The notes: generated from the sequence alone by a model not told the origin. Counted from the stretch's first letter, positions 7,587 through 15,007 are shown. The stretch is DNA of 32,000 bases from Halomicrobium mukohataei DSM 12286 (GCF_000023965.1 NC_013202.1:1620001-1652000); one strand, 5' to 3'. Made by a program: numbers and translations.

Positions 7587-8135
7587 CCGGAGGATCTTTC
7601 TCCCGATCTACGACGGGTACGTCGTCATCGTCGTCGGCACAGTCCTCCACGGCTTCGAGGTCTTGCTGACCGTCGCCCAGCTCGTCGCTGGGGAAGTCCC
7701 AGTACGCATACGCACCAATGTAGTCGACGATACACCGGAATGTGGCTTCCTCGGGCAGCGTTGAACGCACCTGCGGCTGTTCCACGTCCGAGATTGCCCG
7801 CTCGACGGCGGCGTCGAGATCGTCGAGGTCGTCCCCTGCCGACGGGCGAGGTCGTCACGTATCTCGCCCTCGCTCCCCGCTTGTACGGAGTCGAGCGAAC
7901 ACCAGCGGACGGCTTCGCGAACGCCGGGGTCCTGCGTGCGGTCGTTCGGGTCGATCCCCTCGGTGATCGCTTCCGAGCAGGACCAGAACACCGGTTCGTC
8001 GCCCCGTACAGCGCGAGCTTCCACGTCGCCGCTGTGTCGGCGTCCGACTCTCTGTCGTCCTCGGACGCCACAAAGGACTCCGTGGCGTCGAGCAGCGAGC
8101 CAGCGGCTCGAGAGGAAATGCGACGCCGAAAACGG
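7573..8135 (-). pseudogene. Frameshifted acidic ORF abutting attL (unknown function)
   Basis: Three consecutive protein-like acidic segments lie in three different frames: ...SLLDATESFVASEDDRESDADTAATWKLALYGATN, then PVFWSCSEAITEGIDPNDRTQDPGVREAVRWCSLDSVQAGSEGEIRDDLARRQG, then DDLDDLDAAVERAISDVEQPQV...VADI*. The frame switches fall at about 7990 and at a GGGG run at about 7835. Outside these segments each frame becomes R/S/T/P-rich. Confidence 0.45.
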
Positions 8136-8138
8136 TGA

Positions 8139-8153
8139 AGTGGGACCGCCGAG
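8139..8153 (+). repeat. attL: 15-bp copy of the tRNA-Pro 3' end (AGTGGGACCGCCGAG)
   Basis: Exact match to 27545-27559, which covers the discriminator, the 3' acceptor strand and the start of the T-stem of tRNA-Pro. It lies 63 bp from the stop of a tyrosine integrase gene. Confidence 0.8.
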
Positions 8154-8216
8154 CCAAGCCACAAAATCGACAGACGGCGTTACGATGGTTCGATCTGCTG
8201 TGTGGATGTGGTGGGT

Positions 8217-9254
8217 TCATGATTCGCTTGGAGTGTCGAGTTGCAGGTCGGTGATGTAGGGGCGACGGCGCTGTTCCAACCGCTGGCGCTCCGTCGCCTG
8301 GTCGTAGTACTTCTCGATGACTTCGAGCGTGGCGTTCACCCGCTCGCCGACGATCTCCGCCGGCAGGCCGCAGTCGCGTTGCCACGTGATGCTCCCCGTC
8401 CTGATCCGGTGGGGAGAGAGCGACGACGGGCACTTGCTGGCGTGGTGAACGTGGACGTACTCGCAGGCGTCCCGCTCCTCCCCGTGGGGACAGGGACCGA
8501 ACAGGCACGGCTGCGTGGCCAGATACGTCCACACACGTAGCGTGTTCTCGGACGAGCGACCCTGCGTCGTCGTGAACAGCGGCTTCCGTCCGCTGCCGTC
8601 GTGAGAGGTCTCGCGATAGTGCTCGATGTAGTAGTCCAGCACCTCGCAGACCGATTCCGGTAGGCCGACCGCTCGCTCGCCGTCCGAATCGTTCTTGAGC
8701 GGCGTGCCATCGCGGTGGTGGAACGTCACGAAGCGCTCGGCGCTGTGGTAGTCTCGCAGGTCGAGACTCCGAGCTGCACCGACACGGCAGCCGGTGAACC
8801 ACAGCAGTTCGAGCACGGCGTGCTTCGCCGTCCCGTACCGCTCCGGCGTCTCACGGAACGACCGAATCAGGGCCGCGGCGTCGTCCGGGTCGAGCATCTC
8901 GTCGTTGGAGCCCTCGCCGTCGGGGATGCTGGGGACGTGGACCTTCTCCGGCAGCCCGTCGTCGACGACACCGATACGGGCCAGGTACTCCAGCCAGTTC
9001 TTGAGCGTCTGCATCTCGCCGTTCAGTGTCGACGCAGCGAGGTCCTGACCGCGTCGGTGGGTCTCGTACTCGTCGAGCGTCCACCCGGTCAGGTCGCTCA
9101 TCGCCTCGATCCCCTCCTTCTCCTCCGTCCAGTCGACGAAGATCTTCAGTCGGTACCGCCACGACTTGACGGACTCCGCTGCCGACTCCGTCTTGCGGTG
9201 GTTCAGGTACCTCTCCATCGCTTCGCGAGGGGACAGGTCCGGCGCGTCAGTCAT
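8217..9254 (-). CDS. Tyrosine-type site-specific integrase
   Basis: 345 aa. The N-terminal SAM-like core-binding region reads SPREAMERYLNHRK...SWRYRLKIFVDW. Catalytic residues appear in LLWFTGCRVGAARSL (Arg), SPHRIRTGSITW (HxxR) and EVIEKYY (Tyr). Confidence 0.9.
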   Translation of the reverse strand: MTDAPDLSPREAMERYLNHRKTESAAESVKSWRYRLKIFVDWTEEKEGIEAMSDLTGWTLDEYETHRRGQDLAASTLNGEMQTLKNWLEYLARIGVVDDGLPEKVHVPSIPDGEGSNDEMLDPDDAAALIRSFRETPERYGTAKHAVLELLWFTGCRVGAARSLDLRDYHSAERFVTFHHRDGTPLKNDSDGERAVGLPESVCEVLDYYIEHYRETSHDGSGRKPLFTTTQGRSSENTLRVWTYLATQPCLFGPCPHGEERDACEYVHVHHASKCPSSLSPHRIRTGSITWQRDCGLPAEIVGERVNATLEVIEKYYDQATERQRLEQRRRPYITDLQLDTPSES

Positions 9255-9783
9255 CGGCGACGACGGCTTTCCCGGCCCCGTCGTCGGGCTGCGCTCGGTC
9301 CAGGTCGTCGGCGTCGGCGACGCGCTTCCCCTTCACGTAGACGCGCTCTTCGTCGCTCTGGTCGTAGTGCTCGGTCCGCACTTCGCGGATACCGCCGATC
9401 CGATGAGGGGGAAGCTTGCCTTCTCGACCGCGCCACTCCGTGAACGAGACCCACCCGCTCGACAGCGTCTCGTAGTTGGCGACGTAGACCGGCCCCTGAC
9501 CGCGCACGTCGACGTAGGCCGGCGTGTAGGTGTCGGGCAGCCGCTCGGGGTCGACGCGGTCGCTCTCGGCGTCGATCTCGCCGCCGTCGGGTAGCACCCG
9601 CTGCTTGCGCTTGACGATCTTGCCGGCCCGCGAGATCAGCAGGTGCTCGCTCTCGTCCGTGTGGTGAGTCCATGTCTCGCCGCACTCGGAGCACTCGACG
9701 GCGGCCTCGTCCTGCTGGAGAGTCCCGTCACACAGCACGCGAGGGCAGTCGTCGCCGTCCCAGATCTGCTGGGTCACCGTCAT
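9247..9783 (-). CDS. Zinc-ribbon protein of unknown function
   Basis: N-terminal CPRVLC...CSEC motif. The ORF is acidic and overlaps the integrase start by 8 nt, which suggests an operon. Confidence 0.65.
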   Translation of the reverse strand: MTVTQQIWDGDDCPRVLCDGTLQQDEAAVECSECGETWTHHTDESEHLLISRAGKIVKRKQRVLPDGGEIDAESDRVDPERLPDTYTPAYVDVRGQGPVYVANYETLSSGWVSFTEWRGREGKLPPHRIGGIREVRTEHYDQSDEERVYVKGKRVADADDLDRAQPDDGAGKAVVADD

Positions 9784-9863
9784 GGGCCGCTCTCCTCGCT
9801 GTCGTCACGCTTTTCGTCGTCGCCGTCGTCGTCAAAATCAGGGGCCAGCCGGGCACTGGACAT
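9780..9863 (-). CDS. Tiny acidic ORF (27 aa), below the ORF-track cutoff
   Basis: MSSARLAPDFDDDGDDEKRDDSEESGP. Its ATG is 1 nt after the TAA of the upstream RHH gene, and its TGA overlaps the ATG of the 9783 gene (ATGA). Confidence 0.3.
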   Translation of the reverse strand: MSSARLAPDFDDDGDDEKRDDSEESGP

Positions 9864-9864
9864 G

Positions 9865-10071
9865 TTAGGCGGCCCCCGTTTCGGACTCGTCGATACTACC
9901 GTTCTCGTCCCGGCAGAGTACCGTTTCAGGCGTGTCGAAAGGTGAATCCGTAGCCTGTCGGATGCAGTGGCGGATGTACTCTGCTCGGCTCATATTGTGC
10001 CGATCCTTCTCTTCCTCGATCTGCATGAGCATGGCCGGTTCCATACCCACGGTCACATTTGCATGTGGCAT
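9865..10071 (-). CDS. Ribbon-helix-helix (CopG/Arc-like) DNA-binding protein
   Basis: MPHANVTVGMEPAMLMQIEEEKDRHNMSRAEYIRHCIRQA fits the beta-alpha-alpha RHH pattern. The internal ATG at 10071 is preferred. The track start at 10131 adds an AT-rich leader. Confidence 0.65.
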   Translation of the reverse strand: MPHANVTVGMEPAMLMQIEEEKDRHNMSRAEYIRHCIRQATDSPFDTPETVLCRDENGSIDESETGAA

Positions 10072-10188
10072 GCATGAATGACTGATTAGCTCCTGCAAGT
10101 TATAGTTTACGAGAGACCTAAAAACATTCAAAGACTATCGAGGCAAACATCCGAGAGCAATATCAGTCATGCATTCATTCACTCAGAC

Positions 10189-10512
10189 ATGCGCTATTCG
10201 GGCGACTGGATGGTACTCGCAGATGACCGGATTCTCGAATACATCCGCGAAAATGAATCTGGTCGCCCAACTGCGATGGCAGAAAGCGGGTACGTCCGGT
10301 ATTCACGTCAGTATGTCCACCAGAGATGCAAGAAGCTCACCAAGCACGGACTCCTGAAACATCTCGGCAATGGGGTCTACATCATCACAGAACGCGGAGA
10401 GGGTTATCTGAACGGCGAGATCGACACGTCCGAAGACGCACCGGACGAGGTGGAGCCAGTCTTCGACGAGGACAACGGACCAAGCGTCGGGGAGAACCAC
10501 GAGCAGGTCTAA
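10189..10512 (+). CDS. PhiH1-repressor-like winged-helix protein (paralogue 1)
   Basis: WMVLADDRILEYIRENESGRPTAMAESGYVRYSRQYVHQRCKKLTKHGLLKHLGNGVYIITERGEGYLNGEID matches the halobacterial PhiH1-repressor-homologue pattern W..DDRILE...GLL...G.Y.IT..G..YL.GE.D. Confidence 0.7.
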   Translation: MRYSGDWMVLADDRILEYIRENESGRPTAMAESGYVRYSRQYVHQRCKKLTKHGLLKHLGNGVYIITERGEGYLNGEIDTSEDAPDEVEPVFDEDNGPSVGENHEQV

Positions 10513-10515
10513 GAG

Positions 10516-10806
10516 ATGAACGAGAGAAAGTCGGCCCACTGGATGAAGCAGCTGGACGAACGAATCTTAGAGTACATCGACCGGGACGGAATGGCGACTC
10601 CCCGGATGATGGCCCGCGACAGGGCTTTCACAGCGTCGCCAAGTCACATCTGGGAACGGTGCCAGATGCTCTACTACATTCGGTTCGTCGAGCCGATCTA
10701 TAGCGACATGTACGACCTGACGACGGACGGGATGCTTTATCTTCAGGGGAAGATCGACGCCGATCACCGGCCAAAGCCGACTGTTGAGCGAGTCCTAGGA
10801 GGCTAA
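10516..10806 (+). CDS. PhiH1-repressor-like winged-helix protein (paralogue 2, divergent)
   Basis: HWMKQLDERILEYIDRDGMATPRMMA...YDLTTDGMLYLQGKIDA shows the same pattern. It starts 3 nt after paralogue 1. Confidence 0.65.
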   Translation: MNERKSAHWMKQLDERILEYIDRDGMATPRMMARDRAFTASPSHIWERCQMLYYIRFVEPIYSDMYDLTTDGMLYLQGKIDADHRPKPTVERVLGG

Positions 10807-10810
10807 ATGT

Positions 10811-11755
10811 ATGTTTATAAATAAAGTTTTCACTTGCCAAAAAATTGATTCTGGAGAGGAATCTGGGGAAGAGGAAGCTGAAGTTATGATTGACGACGAT
10901 AGTGGTAGTATCGATTTCCAGATGAGTCACTATGATGTTAGTGAAACTGGCAAAAGAGAGGCGCACGACGTAGAGGCCCAAGACATTCAAAGACGTACCC
11001 TTGAGCGAATGTTAACAGTAACGTCTGAATGGCTGGATTCGGACGTTAAAGGATCAGTCAGTGTCAATTTAGGAGAGGTATCGGGAGTATATGGTCAAAG
11101 AGGCCATGAAGTAGCGGTTGGAAGAGAAAGAATCAATTTTGACCTACATGTTTCAGTTAATGATCGAGGAGTTTGGTTTGGGGATCAAGATTTGGGGTTA
11201 TACAAGATCCCAGCAGGCCCAAAGAAAGACGTAAATAAAAACACATACAATAATCTATACAATATCCGTCAGTTCCGGGATTTATTGGAGGAGTTTCTCT
11301 ACAGCTACGGCAGAGAAAATAGAGATGATCAAGATGTTGGTAGTTTCAGCTACCCAACCTCTGAATTAGATGATGAACTCATTGAGCGTGTTCTCCCAAA
11401 GTATGATCGGGGAAATTTTGGCGACGCTGTTCAGACAGCGGGTAAAATTGTTGAAGAACGTGTTCGGCAAAAATCTCCGGAAGAACTCAAAGAGAAGGAT
11501 GGGAGCGAGCTTATTCAGGAAGCAACCAAGTCGGGTGGACCTCTCTCATTTGGAGAACGATCTGCGGAGGAACAGGGTGTAATGTTTCTGTATGCAGGCT
11601 CATATCAAGCAATCAGGAATCCGCTTAGCCATCGGTCTCCAGATCAGTCAAAAGAACGGTATTTAGATGATCTTGGGAAAGAAGAGGCCCACAATATAAT
11701 ATCATTCGTCAATCTTCAACTCCGGTTTTTAGACCAATATGCCAGTAGCCCCTGA
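10811..11755 (+). CDS. Ymh/TIGR02391-type HEPN-domain protein with an unknown N-terminal domain
   Basis: The C-terminus reads RGNFGDAVQTAGKIVEERVR...GSELIQEATKSGGPLSF...EEQGVMFLYAGSYQAIRNPLSHR...EEAHNIISFVNLQLRFLD. This fits the Hypoth_Ymh/TIGR02391 pattern, including the RNPxxH (Rx4H) motif. The gene is AT-rich and starts 4 nt after the preceding stop. The true start could be the internal MIDDD. Confidence 0.7.
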   Translation: MFINKVFTCQKIDSGEESGEEEAEVMIDDDSGSIDFQMSHYDVSETGKREAHDVEAQDIQRRTLERMLTVTSEWLDSDVKGSVSVNLGEVSGVYGQRGHEVAVGRERINFDLHVSVNDRGVWFGDQDLGLYKIPAGPKKDVNKNTYNNLYNIRQFRDLLEEFLYSYGRENRDDQDVGSFSYPTSELDDELIERVLPKYDRGNFGDAVQTAGKIVEERVRQKSPEELKEKDGSELIQEATKSGGPLSFGERSAEEQGVMFLYAGSYQAIRNPLSHRSPDQSKERYLDDLGKEEAHNIISFVNLQLRFLDQYASSP

Positions 11756-12017
11756 AGCAAGAGCTGAAAACATATTTGACGTAATCACACATGGGGTTGC
11801 GCGTCGAGAAAATGGCTTCCTCCAATATGAACACGAGACTGGGTGACTCCGTGTTCATATTCGCCGGTCGCCCTCGATCGTGACCACGAATCTCCTCGGC
11901 AGTTCAGCACTTCACCCCCAAATCGGGCCGAAATGACCCGTCCAGTGAGTCGAAAAACTAGGATTCTGTGGTCGTGTTCATAGATATCAGACACCGTTTA
12001 GCTTTCACGATTATTAT

Positions 12018-13015
12018 ACGCTCTTGTGAAGCACGTTGTTGATTTTCAGAGTGCGGCGTTGAGAGCATGTTTGAGTGCTTCGTCACCTGGTTTTCTGTAG
12101 AGTTCACGGCGGAGTTCGAAGGCTCTGAGATACGGCGTTAGCTTGTCTTTCGAGACGCCTCGATGGGGCGAGAGCCACCGTCGCGTCAGCGACGCGTGGC
12201 TCTCGCAGCCGTTGACGTGTACTTCGCCATCAGCGTATTCACCGTCGCTGTGGACGACGTATTTGCGGGTGAATGAGTCGTCGTCTTCTAGTGGGTCGTA
12301 GGCCCGAAATCCGTCCGTATAGACGGTCAGTGACTCCTCTTCGTGGTCAGCAAGCAGGAGTCGAACGGTCGATTCGTCAGCGGATTTCGCTGGCACGACG
12401 TACCGCTCGTCCGAACCACGATCGACGAGCGTGAACACCGGCGGTTTGTCGCCGTCGTACGATCCCCGTCCACGCGTGGACAGGCCACGCGAGCGCGACT
12501 CCTGGTCACGCTCGCGGCCTTTGAGACCAGCAGAGACGTACACTTCGTCGATTTCGACCGGTCCAGACAGCGTAATCGAAGGCGCGTCGAGAGTTCTGGC
12601 GAACTGCTCGACGTGCCGTCTCACCGTCCGGTAGGAACAATCAAGCTCTGCCTCGATTTGCCGAATACTCGTGTTGAACCGTAAGAACACGTAGATCGTG
12701 AAGTACCATTCTTTGAGCTTCAGCTTCGAGTGAGCGAAGATCGTGTCGGTCTTGTCGTTGAACGTGCGACCGCAATTCTTACACAGATACCGTTGATACA
12801 CCCGGTAGCTGCCGTTTCTGACCGTCAGGTCAGAACGGCAGCGGGGGCACTCGACGCCATCACGCCAGCGAACCTGTTCCAGCAGGTCCGCTGCAGCCGA
12901 TTCCGACACGAACCGGCTTATTGGGAACATATCGGGCACCGCTAGCGCGGTGCCCTTGCCCTCTTCGACTTTCAGCTCCAGCCATCGCTATCAACAATCT
13001 CCTTCGCAAGAGCGT
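12018..13015 (-). mobile_element. IS1595-family insertion sequence (ISH4-like), 998 bp
   Basis: Imperfect 26-bp terminal inverted repeats with 22/26 matches (ACGCTCTTGTGAAGCACGTTGTTGAT versus ACGCTCTTGCGAAGGAGATTGTTGAT). It has a single transposase ORF and is flanked by TATTAT on both sides (12012-12017 and 13016-13021). Confidence 0.8.
12046..12939 (-). CDS. IS1595-family DDE transposase
   Basis: N-terminal transposase zinc ribbon (CPRCRS...CKNCGRTF), then a DDE region (EIDEVYV...LTVYTDGFRAYD...VNGCESHASLTRRWL). This is the organisation typical of IS1595/ISH4-group transposases. Confidence 0.9.
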   Translation of the reverse strand: MPDMFPISRFVSESAAADLLEQVRWRDGVECPRCRSDLTVRNGSYRVYQRYLCKNCGRTFNDKTDTIFAHSKLKLKEWYFTIYVFLRFNTSIRQIEAELDCSYRTVRRHVEQFARTLDAPSITLSGPVEIDEVYVSAGLKGRERDQESRSRGLSTRGRGSYDGDKPPVFTLVDRGSDERYVVPAKSADESTVRLLLADHEEESLTVYTDGFRAYDPLEDDDSFTRKYVVHSDGEYADGEVHVNGCESHASLTRRWLSPHRGVSKDKLTPYLRAFELRRELYRKPGDEALKHALNAAL

Positions 13016-13156
13016 TATTATATGTCTGCCCGAATCATATACTATCAGATCAATATTTTAGTTAAATCTGTGAAGAATATACGGAGTTTGTATTCAAAGA
13101 GATTCGAAATCTATTGTTAGAGTCGATAAGAGTCATAATTTTGGTGTCCCGCCTTC

Positions 13157-13186
13157 AGGTCCAATGCCACAAGTGGCATTGGACCT
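13157..13186. repeat. Perfect 14-bp inverted repeat with a 2-nt spacer (AGGTCCAATGCCAC AA GTGGCATTGGACCT)
   Basis: Read directly from the sequence. It is located in AT-rich non-coding DNA between the IS and the RelE-like module. Confidence 0.7.
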
Positions 13187-13346
13187 ACAGACTACATAAA
13201 ACTTTCCTAGTCTCAGAACCGTAACGGAACTCGATATGTTGGTGGCTCTGAGCTACTGTTTAGACCTATCCGTGATCGTCTAGTAGCTGAGTAGCCTAGT
13301 GGCCTAGTAATTTATCAACTAGCAACCGCTTGTCCTAGACACGCTA

Positions 13347-13487
13347 ATGAGCACCTTCGACGAAGACAAGAAACACGAGCCGGAACTTGGAAACGGTGAT
13401 AGCCTCTCTGAGCGGCTCGATTCTATTGATCTCGATGAAGACGATACCTGCTCTACTGACGATCTTCGGGACAAACTCGATCTGTAG
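13347..13487 (+). CDS. Small acidic ORF (46 aa), possible antitoxin partner
   Basis: MSTFDEDKKHEPELGNGDSLSERLDSIDLDEDDTCSTDDLRDKLDL. TTTATC lies 31-36 nt upstream. The ORF ends 8 nt before the RelE-like gene and is below the track cutoff. Confidence 0.35.
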   Translation: MSTFDEDKKHEPELGNGDSLSERLDSIDLDEDDTCSTDDLRDKLDL

Positions 13488-13495
13488 CGGACTTA

Positions 13496-13834
13496 TTGAT
13501 GGGGGAGATAGAAGCCGTCGAGAATGTTGAGGAGTGGGTGTTGAGAGACCTCAAGAGTTCGAGTTTTAGTGATGAAGAACGGGAAGATGCAGTTGAGGGG
13601 ATAGAGAAGGTCGAAAAAGATCTTGTCACTTGGGGACGGCCGATTCTGAAAGTTCTAACAATCGTAGAGCACACGGGTGACAAGACGGTCTATCGGTATC
13701 GAGATGATCCGCTTAGGCTCTTCTTCATCCGAAAAGGAGAGACTATGTACTGTATCGGCGTCGGAAAACGGAAAACGACGTACGATCGGGACTTGGATCA
13801 GTTCAGTGATCGAGCAGACAACCATCCACCCTGA
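13496..13834 (+). CDS. RelE/ParE-like toxin-fold protein
   Basis: The C-terminal half HTGDKTVYRYRDDPLRLFFIRKGETMYCIGVGKRKTTY follows the RelE/ParE pattern G..lYR.R.gd.R.i........i....g.R...Y. It has an extra acidic N-terminal extension of about 40 aa. Confidence 0.5.
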   Translation: MMGEIEAVENVEEWVLRDLKSSSFSDEEREDAVEGIEKVEKDLVTWGRPILKVLTIVEHTGDKTVYRYRDDPLRLFFIRKGETMYCIGVGKRKTTYDRDLDQFSDRADNHPP

Positions 13835-14422
13835 TTACAGCCACTCGACTTTCTCCCGCTCCCGAAGCTGTGCCTCGGGGCTGTGCGTTCCCCGGTAGTG
13901 GTCCAGGAACGTCTCCAGGTCGTCCCAGCCGCCCCAGTCGCAGACGACCATCGCGTCAACGTCGGCCGACCGGAGGCTCGTCGCCCACGTTCGTCGGAGA
14001 TCGTGCATCCCGACATGTTTCCAGCCGGGTTCACTAGTCTCCTCAGCCAGTTGATCGCGTGCTCTGGATATCCAGCGACGTAGTGACCGTTTGCTGGACT
14101 GAATCACCGGTTCATCAGTCGGCTCCTCACGGATGTCTCCCACCGTTCGTATGGTTGTCGCTAAGTCGGAGGGAATCGGCGTCTCACGGTAGTGTCCAGT
14201 CTTCGCTGATTCCCACACCCGAAGCATCTTCCCAGCATCCGTATCTGCGACGTGATCGGGAGCGACACGCACAACTTCGTCGGTTCGAAGGCCACAGTGG
14301 GCCGCCAGTTGGATAGCTACGCGCCACTCGGTTTCATCGGAATGGTCCAGCAGTTGATTGACCTCTCGTTCAGATAACCATGCCTTCATTCCGTCTTGTT
14401 TTTCGTATTCTTCGAGGTTCAT
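13835..14422 (-). CDS. Short tyrosine recombinase (catalytic domain only)
   Basis: 195 aa. Motifs seen: LSEREVNQLL...LAAHCGLRTDEVVRV (Arg), HDLRRTWAT (HxxR) and FLDHYRG (Tyr). There is no N-terminal core-binding domain. Its stop abuts the stop of the RelE-like gene. Confidence 0.85.
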   Translation of the reverse strand: MNLEEYEKQDGMKAWLSEREVNQLLDHSDETEWRVAIQLAAHCGLRTDEVVRVAPDHVADTDAGKMLRVWESAKTGHYRETPIPSDLATTIRTVGDIREEPTDEPVIQSSKRSLRRWISRARDQLAEETSEPGWKHVGMHDLRRTWATSLRSADVDAMVVCDWGGWDDLETFLDHYRGTHSPEAQLREREKVEWL

Positions 14423-14581
14423 CTGTTGTCCGGTAATTCTCCTTTGCGGTCAGAAATCCTAGAAAGTTCCGGTCGTGGACCCCCAATCAGGGGCCAGATG
14501 GGGGTGATTCTGTCCGACTCTGTGCCGAGAGGCGGACACCAGAAGAGCAAAACTGTCGCAGAAAAGCTTGGGTGTGATCCT

Positions 14582-15007
14582 TCAGTAGGGGTTCACTGCG
14601 CTATTCAGGCGTGTGACGCCGTCGATCGAGTCGAAGTCGTCGTCGAAGCTATAGATATACTCGATGTTCTCAGACTCCATGAACGCAGTCTGCATACTGT
14701 CGCCGAAGTTCAGGCCGGGATAGCCACGAAACAGGGATCGACCGAGGCCGAAGTTCTTCTTCGGATTGTACTGCAGCTCGAAGTGTGCGCCCTGTACGAA
14801 GCGGTCGAGGAGGTCGACGGCGCGGTCATGGCCTTTTCGCTCCTCGACGAAATTCAGCGTCTCAAGCAACGCTTCGTTGGTGATGACGCCATCGGGCAAC
14901 TCTCCGTAGTCGATCCCGCGCAGAATCTCCAGTCCACGCTGGTGGTCAGCGTCGTCACGATCCGCCGCAGCAATGAGGGCAGTGGCATCTAAGAGTGCCC
15001 TGCTCAT
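14582..15007 (-). CDS. vapC: PIN-domain ribonuclease toxin VapC
   Basis: LLDATALIA..D.DD...(E)...D..SFDDDFD is a typical PIN acidic-residue layout. It overlaps the upstream antitoxin gene by 4 nt. Confidence 0.85.
   Translation of the reverse strand: MSRALLDATALIAAADRDDADHQRGLEILRGIDYGELPDGVITNEALLETLNFVEERKGHDRAVDLLDRFVQGAHFELQYNPKKNFGLGRSLFRGYPGLNFGDSMQTAFMESENIEYIYSFDDDFDSIDGVTRLNSAVNPY

Larger units (their letters stand above)
5190..8138. other. Accessory islet with an AT-rich core and a decayed GC-rich part, likely the remnant of an older insertion next to attL
   Basis: Composition drops abruptly at about 5190 (GTGGCTAATTATTCTCC) and returns to GC-rich at about 7600. The right part is a frameshifted ORF that abuts the att repeat. 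No integrase and no clear left att copy were found. Confidence 0.35.

Noticed and set aside
7855-8802. 315-aa minus-strand ORF overlapping the integrase in another frame
   Set aside because: It is an Arg-rich shadow ORF. The integrase frame has unambiguous catalytic motifs.
11785-11994. 69-aa minus-strand ORF between the Ymh gene and the IS
   Set aside because: It has no motif and is not coupled to neighbouring genes. It overlaps the ATATGAACACG inverted repeats, so the region is more likely non-coding.
14530-14545. GCCGAGA match to the tRNA-Pro T-stem region upstream of the short recombinase, as a possible internal att
   Set aside because: Only 7-8 nt match and there is no flanking similarity. 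This is insufficient.
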